Source of the DNA: an uncultured virus (IMG/VR IMGVR_UViG_3300008070_000002)
Taxonomy: Duplodnaviria > Heunggongvirae > Uroviricota > Caudoviricetes
Reading direction: 5' to 3' (one strand)
Length of the DNA stretch: 20,000 bases
Virus record (IMG/VR): IMGVR_UViG_3300008070_000002
Span: 55,697 to 75,696 of that record
The position numbers and the translations under genes are program-made. Below are positions 8,120 through 16,486 of this stretch, in pieces (position 1 is the stretch's first letter; every line of letters starts with the position of its first letter). The notes under the pieces are model-generated. The model was not told the origin of the DNA, did no database searches, and saw only the letters and a program-made list of their open reading frames with translations.

Positions 8120-9730
8120 TTAATCTCTATTTTGACGGCGCACTAAGAACGCCATTAACTCTGCAAGTTGAACACGTAAATTATAATCGAGTACTGGGCC
8201 ATCTTTATAGCGTAGAAGCTCGGCTACTTCAGAAGTACAGACTACTTTTAATGGCAAGCTCACAACCAGCGAAGTGTACATCTCTACAGAAATACGACCG
8301 CCGCCCATCGGTTTTGCATTTTTGGTGTTACTATCAATCGGGCGATGAAAACGATAAAGCGCATCCAATGCCTGACGCTGTTTACTGTTTAGATGTACTA
8401 GCTCAGGTGCTTGGTAATCGTCGTCGTCTACCAGGACCGTCGACATTAGCCGTGCAATCCCATGAAAACCCCAATGAATCAAAGCGGCTTGCGTTACCCC
8501 CATGGCATTGATCATAGCCCGACGATTAATATCCGGTATAGTCTTGACCATGACGTCGTTTGCAAGAATCCACTGAACCAGCGTTTGGTGCACCGGAACG
8601 CGATTGTCCCCACCAAGGATAATTAAATCCTTGGAAGATTCCAGCGATTCAATACAAGCAACAACGGTAGATGTTGGGATGACATCGTCCAGGTCGCGAC
8701 GTACCCGACGGTAATCGTACAGATAAACCTGGTTTGCAATGATAACATCACTTGCCACTTTCTGAGTTGCTGAGTACGACTCGAAGTAACCAGTTTTATC
8801 GTCTTCCGTATTGCCCCAGTTCATATCCCGTTTACGTACCATCATTCCCACTTTTACATGGATATGTTTGGTGTCCTGTTTAATCTTGTTAAAGACTGAA
8901 CTCACCAAGGTTACTTTAGGGTCCGTTGGGCTTAACGGTGTACAAACCAGTTTATTGCAGATGGCAGAGGCTAACAGATAATTTGGAATCTCTGTCGTAC
9001 CAACGCCACCAATCACCGCGGACGCTTCGTTGTTGTTATCAACGATTTGATACGCGGACTCCACAAACACGATTAATCGCTGCATGAACGGATGTTCCAC
9101 CGCATGAGTATCGCGAATGATGCGCAGTAATTCTAACTCGAAATAGATTCTGTTGTTCAGAATATCTTTCGGTACTGCACAACGGAAGTCAGTCCATACG
9201 GGAATCATCGCCCGGAACATGGTGGTTAAGCAGGCTAACCCGAAATACTGTGCCTTCGTGTACGTAATGGTTTCGCGGTGTCGACCGTCATTGTCGTCAA
9301 ATACATCGGCCACGTTAGATGGGTATCGAATATCTTGGGTTTCCAAGAAATCAGCAATCTCATCTAAATCATGGTACTCATCAATCATGGTTCTGACTTC
9401 AGGAATCAGCAGCTTCACCATGGTGGAAATATCTGACGTTTGGCTGATTAGTGTATGAATACGACGATATTGGTTGAATAACTTGCCTTGCCATACTGAA
9501 TCGCGGGATGCCCAATACGCATTGATTTCTCTAAGCAGGTTATCCACCCGCTCAGCTTTGTTCTGCTCTGGGGTCTTTTTCTGGCCACTATCGCGAACTG
9601 CGGTTTCTTCTTCCTCACTTCCACGATACCAACCCTGGTATGGTTTAAATTCCCCCCAAGTTAGATACTCCCCATTATTCTCAATGGTTAACATGGTTTG
9701 GACATCGTCATGTCCAATATACATTCTCAT
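8120..9730 (-). CDS. nvRNAP promoter-specificity (sigma-like) subunit, phiKZ gp68-like
   Basis: 536 aa, predicted largely helical, with AGGAG RBS and its own class-1 promoter motif. Size and position (ChmC-like upstream; gp69/gp70/beta/beta' downstream) fit gp68. Confidence 0.7.
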   Translation of the reverse strand: MRMYIGHDDVQTMLTIENNGEYLTWGEFKPYQGWYRGSEEEETAVRDSGQKKTPEQNKAERVDNLLREINAYWASRDSVWQGKLFNQYRRIHTLISQTSDISTMVKLLIPEVRTMIDEYHDLDEIADFLETQDIRYPSNVADVFDDNDGRHRETITYTKAQYFGLACLTTMFRAMIPVWTDFRCAVPKDILNNRIYFELELLRIIRDTHAVEHPFMQRLIVFVESAYQIVDNNNEASAVIGGVGTTEIPNYLLASAICNKLVCTPLSPTDPKVTLVSSVFNKIKQDTKHIHVKVGMMVRKRDMNWGNTEDDKTGYFESYSATQKVASDVIIANQVYLYDYRRVRRDLDDVIPTSTVVACIESLESSKDLIILGGDNRVPVHQTLVQWILANDVMVKTIPDINRRAMINAMGVTQAALIHWGFHGIARLMSTVLVDDDDYQAPELVHLNSKQRQALDALYRFHRPIDSNTKNAKPMGGGRISVEMYTSLVVSLPLKVVCTSEVAELLRYKDGPVLDYNLRVQLAELMAFLVRRQNRD

Positions 9731-9751
9731 GAATATACTCCTGCAGTTTAA

Positions 9752-9769
9752 TCACCATGATAATATCTA
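9752..9769 (-). promoter_or_regulatory. Phage promoter-like motif class 1, copy upstream of the gp68-like gene
   Basis: TAGATATTATCATGGTGA on the minus strand. Confidence 0.7.
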
Positions 9770-9785
9770 ATCGTAAGATTATGGG

Positions 9786-9810
9786 ATTAGGGCCCTAAGC
9801 GAGCCCTAAT
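9786..9810. terminator. Hairpin (possible terminator) after the Tad2-like gene
   Basis: Minus strand ATTAGGGCTC-GCTTA-GGGCCCTAAT (10 bp with one G.U); no good U-tract on the minus strand, TTCTTT on the plus strand. Confidence 0.5.
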
Positions 9811-9814
9811 TTCT

Positions 9815-10273
9815 TTATACCAAGTACCAGTCTTTTGCTTGCATATCGGTTTGCGAACACAGCCATGGTACCACTTTATCATCTGCGGTTTTCATTGCCA
9901 GATATGGTAGAGATTCACCATGGATGCTTGCATCTTCATCAGGGATAACTAAGAACACAAACATACCTTTACCGTTCCAGCCTTCGCGTGCAATATGGAC
10001 ACCGTTGCCTTCCAAGCATTCTTCCAATGCAATCGAGTACGACAGTGGGCCAGAAAGATCAACGTTACCTTTCTCGAACTCTTCTTTCGGAGACCAACTA
10101 ATATATTCTTTTTCGGTGTCCTTGTTATAAACTACCAGGTAACCTGGCGCTTCAATATTGCCGTGGATTTTATTGCTGGTATGATACGCTGCGTCGCCAA
10201 GCAGCATTGGGGTAGCATGAACGTGCTTTACTGAACGATAAAGTTTTAAGTCTTGCATTTTCGGTTGCTCCAT
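9815..10273 (-). CDS. Two-domain protein with C-terminal DUF2829/Tad2-like (Thoeris anti-defence sponge) domain
   Basis: C-terminal SYSIALE..IAREGWNGKGMFVFLV..PYLAMKTADDKVVPWLCSQTDMQAKDW is the DUF2829 signature. N-terminal domain K.V.A.PM..GYLVVY..YISWSPKEEFEK. The true start may be ATG 10258 (GGAG upstream). Confidence 0.82.
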   Translation of the reverse strand: MEQPKMQDLKLYRSVKHVHATPMLLGDAAYHTSNKIHGNIEAPGYLVVYNKDTEKEYISWSPKEEFEKGNVDLSGPLSYSIALEECLEGNGVHIAREGWNGKGMFVFLVIPDEDASIHGESLPYLAMKTADDKVVPWLCSQTDMQAKDWYLV

Positions 10274-10276
10274 GAA

Positions 10277-10299
10277 CCTAGGAGGCAGTGCCTCCTAGG
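10277..10299. other. Perfect GC-rich inverted repeat between the ChmC-like and Tad2-like genes
   Basis: CCTAGGAGGCA-G-TGCCTCCTAGG (11-bp arms); no U-tract on either side. Confidence 0.75.
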
Positions 10300-10303
10300 A
10301 TAG

Positions 10304-11152
10304 TTATTGGTTCAGATTGTAATCATCAAAGTTGATATTGGTGTCCACCGGTGCAGAAGCCTGCTGCTGTTGCTGCTGATAGCCGCCGCCTTGATTTTGC
10401 TGGTAGCCGCCTTGACGCTGCTGATAGCCGCCGCCACCTTGGTTACGCTGATAGCCACCGCCACCACCCCACTGCTTCTTCTGGAAGCCGCCACCACCCT
10501 GGCCACGGTTTTGATAACCACCACCATTATTCCATTGTTTCTTCTGGAAGCCGCCACCTTGGCCACCCTGACCGCCTTGACGACGTTGGGCTGGAGCCGA
10601 GTCAGCATATTCGCGTTCGAAGATAATATCCACGACACCTGAGATTTCTTTAACCCAGTTGCGTGCACGACGGCGGGAAAGCTCTGATGGTGGTACTGGA
10701 TTACCAGCGCTATCAACGATCTCAATATAACCTTCAGAGATAAAGTCAAATTTAACTTCACCACCTTGGGTATTGGAGACAGCCAGGTAAACAATACCTT
10801 CTTGGCTAATACCGACTTTAATTTCAGATTCACCATTGCGGCGGTACGCAGTAGACCACGGCAGGTTGGATTCTTTCGCAGCCCGCAGAATATCTTCCTT
10901 CAGCATACCCCATTCTGTTTTGGGGAATAGCATAGATACCCATTGACCTGAAGCATCGCGTGATACATCCGCAGCCATACGAACGCAATTCTTCTCAACC
11001 GACATACGTAGACTGGAAATAGACTGCGTTTGTGGGTCACGTCGGGTCAGACGAAATGTACGGTCTGATAATGGGTTTGACTTTGCCGGTGGTTGGGCAG
11101 CAGCTTGGCTCTCACCTTGCGCAGGGGCTTGAGCGTTTTGATATTGTGACAT
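10304..11152 (-). CDS. Probable ChmC-like nucleus-associated nucleic-acid-binding protein (phiKZ gp67-like) with G/Q/Y-rich tail
   Basis: 282 aa: a compact alpha/beta domain followed by GGGFQKKQW x2, GGGYQ repeats and an acidic end (INFDDYNLNQ). Position upstream of the gp68-like gene matches ChmC; not confirmed by alignment. Confidence 0.65.
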   Translation of the reverse strand: MSQYQNAQAPAQGESQAAAQPPAKSNPLSDRTFRLTRRDPQTQSISSLRMSVEKNCVRMAADVSRDASGQWVSMLFPKTEWGMLKEDILRAAKESNLPWSTAYRRNGESEIKVGISQEGIVYLAVSNTQGGEVKFDFISEGYIEIVDSAGNPVPPSELSRRRARNWVKEISGVVDIIFEREYADSAPAQRRQGGQGGQGGGFQKKQWNNGGGYQNRGQGGGGFQKKQWGGGGGYQRNQGGGGYQQRQGGYQQNQGGGYQQQQQQASAPVDTNINFDDYNLNQ

Positions 11153-11179
11153 CGATTTTCTTCCGTTTTAGTGTATACA

Positions 11180-11204
11180 CATATAGTAGATACGGCTGTA
11201 ATTA
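11180..11204 (-). promoter_or_regulatory. Promoter-like motif class 2 (TAATTACAGC-N11-TATG) upstream of the ChmC-like gene
   Basis: Minus strand TAATTACAGC CGTATCTACTA TATG; identical architecture at 16462-16486. TATG is the known phiKZ nvRNAP start-site motif. Confidence 0.6.
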
Positions 11205-12053
11205 TTAAGACAGTTTGTATTTACCAACTCGCTGTAGGTACTCAACCAGGAATGGTTCGTACGCTAATTTTGCATCCGTTAGCACGCGGCCATCTGTTGT
11301 CATAGCGTGCCAATGGTACTTTTCACCTAACTTCAGTAATACCTTTCTCAGTTTTAAATCCTGAGCAGCTATCATGCTACCATCACCAAACACTGTTAAC
11401 ATACTTAAAGTAAACGGGATACATTCCGTCTTCTTAGGTGTGTTTAACTTAGTAGCCCAGAGCATTCTACTTTTTACTTTCCCAGTATGAGATTCCAACA
11501 GCACCATACCAGGAAAATAATAATAAGAAAGTAGGTCGATCGGCTGATGGGTAATAATGATAACCTTGGCATTACCGTGTAACTTAGTATCGAATGTCTT
11601 CGTTACAGCGCCGAGGTAGTCCACAGCGTACTTAATAAGCTTTGTTTCCAACGATTCCGTTAACTTCTGTTTCTCAGTCAACTCATCGGCATTGGAGTGC
11701 CGAAACCGCATTTCAGGTAACTGACGGTTAATCGTCCTATGCGTCGCCATATAAAACACGAGGCGGTGCTTATTTTGTTTTTCAATGGTTTCCTTTAACT
11801 GATCAATGTCTTGCTGTATTGCATCGCGCAAAACAAAATCAGTTAATCGTGAGTGAGTAGATGATTCAAAGGCACCTAAGCAGTTACGTGCCAATGTCCG
11901 TATATTAATCCAGATTTCTTCCATCTCAGCGGCATCGTCAATTAAAGCGGGATGGTCGTCAGCGTGTTCACCAACTTGATACAGCCCCTCTAAAGCTAGC
12001 GATGTCGCGATAGAAATAGGGAAGAAACCCAAAGTACGATCCAGAGCGTTCAT
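11205..12053 (-). CDS. Conserved jumbo-phage protein (phiKZ gp66-like position), possibly PIN/FEN-like fold
   Basis: 282 aa, ATGA overlap with the SbcD-like gene; motifs EIWINIRTLARN, IITHQPIDLL, LLESHTG, VFGD. The fold call is a weak inference. Confidence 0.55.
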   Translation of the reverse strand: MNALDRTLGFFPISIATSLALEGLYQVGEHADDHPALIDDAAEMEEIWINIRTLARNCLGAFESSTHSRLTDFVLRDAIQQDIDQLKETIEKQNKHRLVFYMATHRTINRQLPEMRFRHSNADELTEKQKLTESLETKLIKYAVDYLGAVTKTFDTKLHGNAKVIIITHQPIDLLSYYYFPGMVLLESHTGKVKSRMLWATKLNTPKKTECIPFTLSMLTVFGDGSMIAAQDLKLRKVLLKLGEKYHWHAMTTDGRVLTDAKLAYEPFLVEYLQRVGKYKLS

Positions 12054-13150
12054 ACTTTCAGTAACCCCTTAATTAACCGAATCGTATCGACAACCTGCTC
12101 CGCCGGTTCATCAATTTCGGCAAGAACGAGTTCTTCAATATTTTCCGGGGTGATATTTACAGTAACCACCGATAAATTGAAAGCCTCGTTTGCTTTATCA
12201 ATCGCAGTAGCGCCCTTGTACTCTACGTCAATATCCACCTTGGCGGTTTTAATGACGTTGTTAATATGGTCCCGTAAATCCGTTTCTTTTGGCACATACA
12301 AACGTAAATAGCCTTTACGCTGTTGTTCCAGATGGTCATCTAAACGGGTAATGATATCTGGATCACTGCACCATGATAAGTCCAAAGTAATATATGGGTA
12401 AGCATCTGGATTTTCCAGAAACTCGTGTGTTACCGTACCATTAACAATATCGGTAACGATACCGCCTTTAGGGCCCTCTTCACCATGTGAGCAGCGGTCC
12501 CAGGAACCAGGGACTTGTACCTTATCTTTAGACTTTGACTTATGGTCGTGACCATTGAATATCACGTAGTTGGTGAGGTTAGATAATCTAGCGGTATCCA
12601 ACGCGTTAGTGACACCCGGCGGTAGTTGGAAATCAAAGAACCCGTGGGACAACACAACGTCCAGGCGATCGATCCCACGTACTGCCATTAGCGTTTCCAA
12701 ATCGTCCATGATTTGGTTGCAGGTTGGACGAATCTCATCCGGGATATACCCAAAAATCAACCCGAACGTAGGGTCCTCCATGACAGTTAACTCGTCAATA
12801 TAAAGAAGATCTGCGCCGATTCCAGTAGAATCGTTAATGGTTTGTAATAGCTTGGACTGCTTCCAATCGTGGGATGGGGTACCTTCCAGAACACGAATAG
12901 CAACACCTAGATCTTTACATAGTTGAAGTTTGTCATACGCCCAATGCCAAAACGTATCACCCATACTTAATTTCACCCAGCGATCAAACAAGTCACCGGG
13001 GATAAGGATACCATCAACGCCCAATAAACGCCTCGCTGTAAACACATAAGTGTCTAATGTTTCCATGATGTGTTCTATTGGAGTTTTACGGTGGTATAAG
13101 TGGACATCACTAATTGTGATAAAACGTTTTGCGCCTGCAACCTTAGCCAT
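12050..13150 (-). CDS. sbcD: SbcD/Mre11-like metallophosphoesterase nuclease (phiKZ gp65-like)
   Basis: Motifs SDVHL, PGDLFD, GTPSHD, SHG, GHDH, PGSWDR. Start placed at ATG 13150, just after the upstream stop, rather than at 13177. Confidence 0.88.
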   Translation of the reverse strand: MAKVAGAKRFITISDVHLYHRKTPIEHIMETLDTYVFTARRLLGVDGILIPGDLFDRWVKLSMGDTFWHWAYDKLQLCKDLGVAIRVLEGTPSHDWKQSKLLQTINDSTGIGADLLYIDELTVMEDPTFGLIFGYIPDEIRPTCNQIMDDLETLMAVRGIDRLDVVLSHGFFDFQLPPGVTNALDTARLSNLTNYVIFNGHDHKSKSKDKVQVPGSWDRCSHGEEGPKGGIVTDIVNGTVTHEFLENPDAYPYITLDLSWCSDPDIITRLDDHLEQQRKGYLRLYVPKETDLRDHINNVIKTAKVDIDVEYKGATAIDKANEAFNLSVVTVNITPENIEELVLAEIDEPAEQVVDTIRLIKGLLKV

Positions 13151-13151
13151 G

Positions 13152-13745
13152 TTATAACTCTTCGAAATCGCCCCCAATCGGGTGCTCTTGATAGCTTACA
13201 TCGATCTGTTTCTGAGCCTCATCTGATTCATCACTCGGGTTCTGTGTAAAATCAGCAACAGACAGTAATGGAATACCGTGGTCAGCAAATACCTTATTTA
13301 CCGCCACAATCGTTTTAGCGGCAGATTCCGCATGGGCTTCAGTATCATTACCAACGATCTGATTCAGTGCGTGAAACACGCTACGGGATGCCAGCATTGG
13401 ATTATCGGCACGCAACGATAGCAGCTCTTGAATATGGTCACAAAAACGATCTTCTGGATTACCTACGGGTGTTTCCAGGTTATCAATCATTGATGGGATG
13501 CTGTACTTCAGTGTGCCGTTAGTTTCATACACTTCCACAGCTGCGAACGGGTGACCTGTAAAGGCAATCCATGCTTTGGTATCGAATTCGGCATGGGCGG
13601 TACGCAGGATTGGCAACCCTTCACGTACAAACTGGTCGTAATACAAACGTGTTACTGGGTTTAAATCCAGATCGCGTTCTAACCCAGTGGCGACCATTTC
13701 CAGTTCTTCCTGGCTAAACATCTCTTGTGTTTTGTACTGTTCCAT
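13152..13745 (-). CDS. Hypothetical protein, acidic
   Basis: 197 aa with GGGAG RBS; tightly packed in the operon. Confidence 0.7.
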   Translation of the reverse strand: MEQYKTQEMFSQEELEMVATGLERDLDLNPVTRLYYDQFVREGLPILRTAHAEFDTKAWIAFTGHPFAAVEVYETNGTLKYSIPSMIDNLETPVGNPEDRFCDHIQELLSLRADNPMLASRSVFHALNQIVGNDTEAHAESAAKTIVAVNKVFADHGIPLLSVADFTQNPSDESDEAQKQIDVSYQEHPIGGDFEEL

Positions 13746-13786
13746 ACATAACTCCCATTTCAGTTAAATGATGGTTATCGGTGTAA

Positions 13787-14194
13787 TTAATTAGGCAATA
13801 CCCCAACTGCCGATTGACTACTGCGGAATATTGAGTCTGTTGTCGATACAGCGCGTTGAAGTTCGTAGGCGGTGCCATTACGAATTACAGAAACCCCAAT
13901 CTGCATATCTATCTTTGCAGATAATGGGTCAGACACATAGTTTACTTCGACTGTATTACCTTCTGGGAAATTACGTGCCATGATCTGTTCTAGGTCACTT
14001 TGGATACGGTTTGCTAGCTGATCCATGTCTTGACCACAATCAAATATCGCGCGTTGTAAAGAAAACACTTTACCGCGAAAAATTAAACTCTGGTGGAAGT
14101 TCGCTGCCGTGTAATATGCGATTAGCCGATCCAGCAGTATCAGTGGGTCGGTAATCCAGTTGCGGCTGTCTAACGAAGAAGCTGCATTTGCCAT
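13787..14194 (-). CDS. Hypothetical protein, possibly gp25-like baseplate/sheath-initiator fold (phiKZ gp62-like position)
   Basis: 135 aa with AGGA RBS; helix RIQSDLEQIMARNFPE followed by strands VEVNY..IDMQIGVSV..YEL resembles the gp25/GPW layout (inference). Confidence 0.55.
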   Translation of the reverse strand: MANAASSLDSRNWITDPLILLDRLIAYYTAANFHQSLIFRGKVFSLQRAIFDCGQDMDQLANRIQSDLEQIMARNFPEGNTVEVNYVSDPLSAKIDMQIGVSVIRNGTAYELQRAVSTTDSIFRSSQSAVGVLPN

Positions 14195-14208
14195 AACTGA
14201 TTCCTAAC

Positions 14209-14240
14209 AAAAAATAAGTAGGGACCGAAGTCCCTACTTA
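14209..14240 (-). terminator. Intrinsic terminator
   Basis: Minus strand TAAGTAGGGAC-TTCG-GTCCCTACTTA followed by TTTTTT, directly after the stop at 14241. Confidence 0.88.
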
Positions 14241-14846
14241 TTAGATTTTGGATAACCCCGCATTGAAGCGAGAGGTTGGATCATCATCACCCTTCTCAAT
14301 GATGCGTGCAACTTCATCGATGGTGATACGAGCATCTGCTCGATCGATCCAGTCGAATTCATCGTCCGCTTCACACATAACATAGGTTGATGCTTTATTA
14401 CCGTTATCGAACGTTGTGACGCCGTTATAGATCTGGCGGTACGTGATGTCGGTATCGCGAATCGCGTTACGGTTATCTGGTTCCCACTCTTCTGCGTACC
14501 CTTCCAACTGACGACGGTTATACATACTACGTGTTATCGGAGATGCCATGATAATACGTCGCATGATAGGCATCGCATGCTGCATTGCCCCCACGTCAAT
14601 TAACTGTGATACTGCATTCGGTCGGCCCGCGTTACGCAACTTACGATACGCACCAATTGCTCGGCGCGTTACGTAATTGTCACGAACCCGTTCACGTAGT
14701 TCAGTTACCTGAGCCACGAACTTTTCACTGTAGCGTGATAGTCGTTCCCTGGACTGTTCTGCGTATCGACTCACGGCACGATCATCGCGACAATACAACA
14801 GATCGGTAATCGATCCGTTATTCTGCCCTCTGATTACGTTTGCCAT
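14241..14846 (-). CDS. Conserved jumbo-phage protein (phiKZ gp59-like position)
   Basis: 201 aa; ATG abuts the TAG of RNAP exon 2, with AGGAG RBS inside exon 2; ends in DDPTS..N. Confidence 0.65.
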   Translation of the reverse strand: MANVIRGQNNGSITDLLYCRDDRAVSRYAEQSRERLSRYSEKFVAQVTELRERVRDNYVTRRAIGAYRKLRNAGRPNAVSQLIDVGAMQHAMPIMRRIIMASPITRSMYNRRQLEGYAEEWEPDNRNAIRDTDITYRQIYNGVTTFDNGNKASTYVMCEADDEFDWIDRADARITIDEVARIIEKGDDDPTSRFNAGLSKI

Positions 14847-15035
14847 CTATTTACTCCTGTAATATCTTAAAAAGTTGTTTGCCATCGCGATCACTTCCGG
14901 ATGATGGGTAATAATACCTTTCACACGGCGTGGTTTTGATGTGTCGATAATCCCTAAGTGGGACATCAACCGACGGAATAGCCTCCGTTCTTTATTATCA
15001 CGTAAAAGCTTAATCTGCATCTGGTCACCGTCAAA
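14847..15035 (-). CDS. rpoC: nvRNAP beta' N-terminal subunit, exon 2 (FDGDQMQ...YYRSK, 62 aa)
   Basis: Begins TTT GAC GGT GAC (FDGD), completing the catalytic NADFDGD motif when joined to exon 1; preceded by G at 15036. Confidence 0.93.
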   Translation of the reverse strand, partial: FDGDQMQIKLLRDNKERRLFRRLMSHLGIIDTSKPRRVKGIITHHPEVIAMANNFLRYYRSK

Positions 15036-15458
15036 CATTGCTTTCAGCAGGCTCGCAACTTCCCACCAGTTCTCTCCCAGTTACCTGGGGAACTTCCCGA
15101 TCGTTATAATCGGATATAAGAGCACATCATTTCCATATACAGCCAGGCTGTACTTAGGATTCCCCCATTTCACACTACCTGTCCGTTAGGACGCTTGTAG
15201 GCTACACCGCGCTACCGGTTGCTCGTTGAAGCCACACCATCACCCGAAGGCCTAAGGTGCTTTCTTGCTGATTTTCCATTGTGTACTTGCGTACTGACCC
15301 TTAGCGCCGTATCTCACGATAGGATTCCATTTAAGCATAGGTCAACTGTTCAGTTTTTTCTAGATTTCTCTACCGTGACGTTTGCCGTTTCCAGCTCCGC
15401 TTTGGTTGAACAGTATTAGGCTCTTCCAGCAGTTAGAGGGACACTACTTCCCTTATTT

Positions 15459-16439
15459 CTAAGAGAGAGGACTTTGCGTATAACGAATTATGTAACCTCG
15501 CCATTGTTCTTTCTTGGTAGCTTTTTGAATTACCGATTTACAAACAAACATTTCCTTAGCAAACGCTTCGGCCGATGGATAATTTGTAACTTCTCCGGTA
15601 ACCGTATTTTCTACTGTGATAGGTATTGGTTGTCTAATAGGGGTGGTTTTTTCGAACACAGTTGCCGGGATTTCCCGCACATCGTCCAAATGGTCCTTAA
15701 AATCACATTCGTACCATATTTGAATTTTGTGTTTCGCTATTGATTTTATCCCGCCGTTTAAGTATTGGTACAGTATAAATACATTTACATCAAAATATCT
15801 AGCAACGTCGCTTACACTTTGTGCAACGTAAAACGTACCATCGTCATCAACTACAACTACCTTTTTACTGTTACCATTCCGATGTTTATAAGCATCTTCT
15901 TTAGTGAGTTTATGTTTTGAACCCACTTTAACAATAGAAAAGATATCGTCAAACGGTGCATCGCCTCTGCTGTTTATGTACGCAGATATGCGATATGGAT
16001 TTACTTCAAAAGCCCTGGCTGTTTCATTTAGACTATAAAACTGTTTCTTTTCCCCAGTTAACAGGTTCATCACTTCAAGGTTAAGATTATCGTCGCGAAG
16101 TCCTGATTTATACGCATGTGTAATATTACCGCTATACGTAGTAAGCTCCAGGTTCTCAATGCGGGGATTCATCTTGTTACCGTCGATGTGATTAACTATC
16201 GGTTTATTTTCGTCTTTTTCCAAAAATGTCTCCACCATCAGTCGATGCACTGTGTACTGTGCGCCGTTATAAACTACTTGTGGGTACTTGAAAAATCCGA
16301 CGAATGGAACCAGACAACTATTGGCATCTAGGTTTATCACCCTACCTAACACTGAAAGGGTTAATGACCTTATAGTGGGGTGGATATAAAAACCACGATA
16401 CTTTTTACTTTCAATAATACCTTTTCTAAACACTTGCAC
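15459..16439 (-). CDS. Intron-encoded HNH homing endonuclease (I-HmuI-like, with NUMOD1/IENR1-type repeats)
   Basis: 326 aa; VHRLMVETF..VNHIDGNKMNPRIENLE.TTYSGNITHA (HNH), then three HTH-like repeats FYSLNETARAF, QSVSDVARYF, YPSAEAFAKEM. GTG start with AGGAGG; visibly more AT-rich than the flanking genes. Confidence 0.93.
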   Translation of the reverse strand: MQVFRKGIIESKKYRGFYIHPTIRSLTLSVLGRVINLDANSCLVPFVGFFKYPQVVYNGAQYTVHRLMVETFLEKDENKPIVNHIDGNKMNPRIENLELTTYSGNITHAYKSGLRDDNLNLEVMNLLTGEKKQFYSLNETARAFEVNPYRISAYINSRGDAPFDDIFSIVKVGSKHKLTKEDAYKHRNGNSKKVVVVDDDGTFYVAQSVSDVARYFDVNVFILYQYLNGGIKSIAKHKIQIWYECDFKDHLDDVREIPATVFEKTTPIRQPIPITVENTVTGEVTNYPSAEAFAKEMFVCKSVIQKATKKEQWRGYIIRYTQSPLS

Positions 16440-16461
16440 AGTGAGCGCCTCCTAATTACTA

Positions 16462-16486
16462 CATAGGGTTGACGCTGCTGTAATTA
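16462..16486 (-). promoter_or_regulatory. Promoter-like motif class 2 inside the intron, upstream of the HNH gene
   Basis: Minus strand TAATTACAGC AGCGTCAACCC TATG, followed by TAGTAATT AGGAGG and the GTG start. Confidence 0.6.

Noticed and set aside
10307..10836. Several overlapping alternative-frame ORFs
   Set aside because: They arise from the stop-poor Gly/Gln repeat of the ChmC-like gene.
13151..13177. Extended start of the SbcD-like gene at 13177
   Set aside because: A non-ATG start overlapping the upstream gene; ATG 13150 right after the upstream stop is more plausible.
14847..15038. 63-aa standalone ORF starting MFDGD
   Set aside because: Its ATG is the last three intron bases (the G is the terminal omega-G); it is exon 2 of the RNAP subunit.
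14941..15419. Plus-strand ORFs of 82 and 66 aa; possible tRNA or separate ncRNA in the gap
   Set aside because: The region is explained by the group I ribozyme core on the minus strand; no tRNA cloverleaf was seen.
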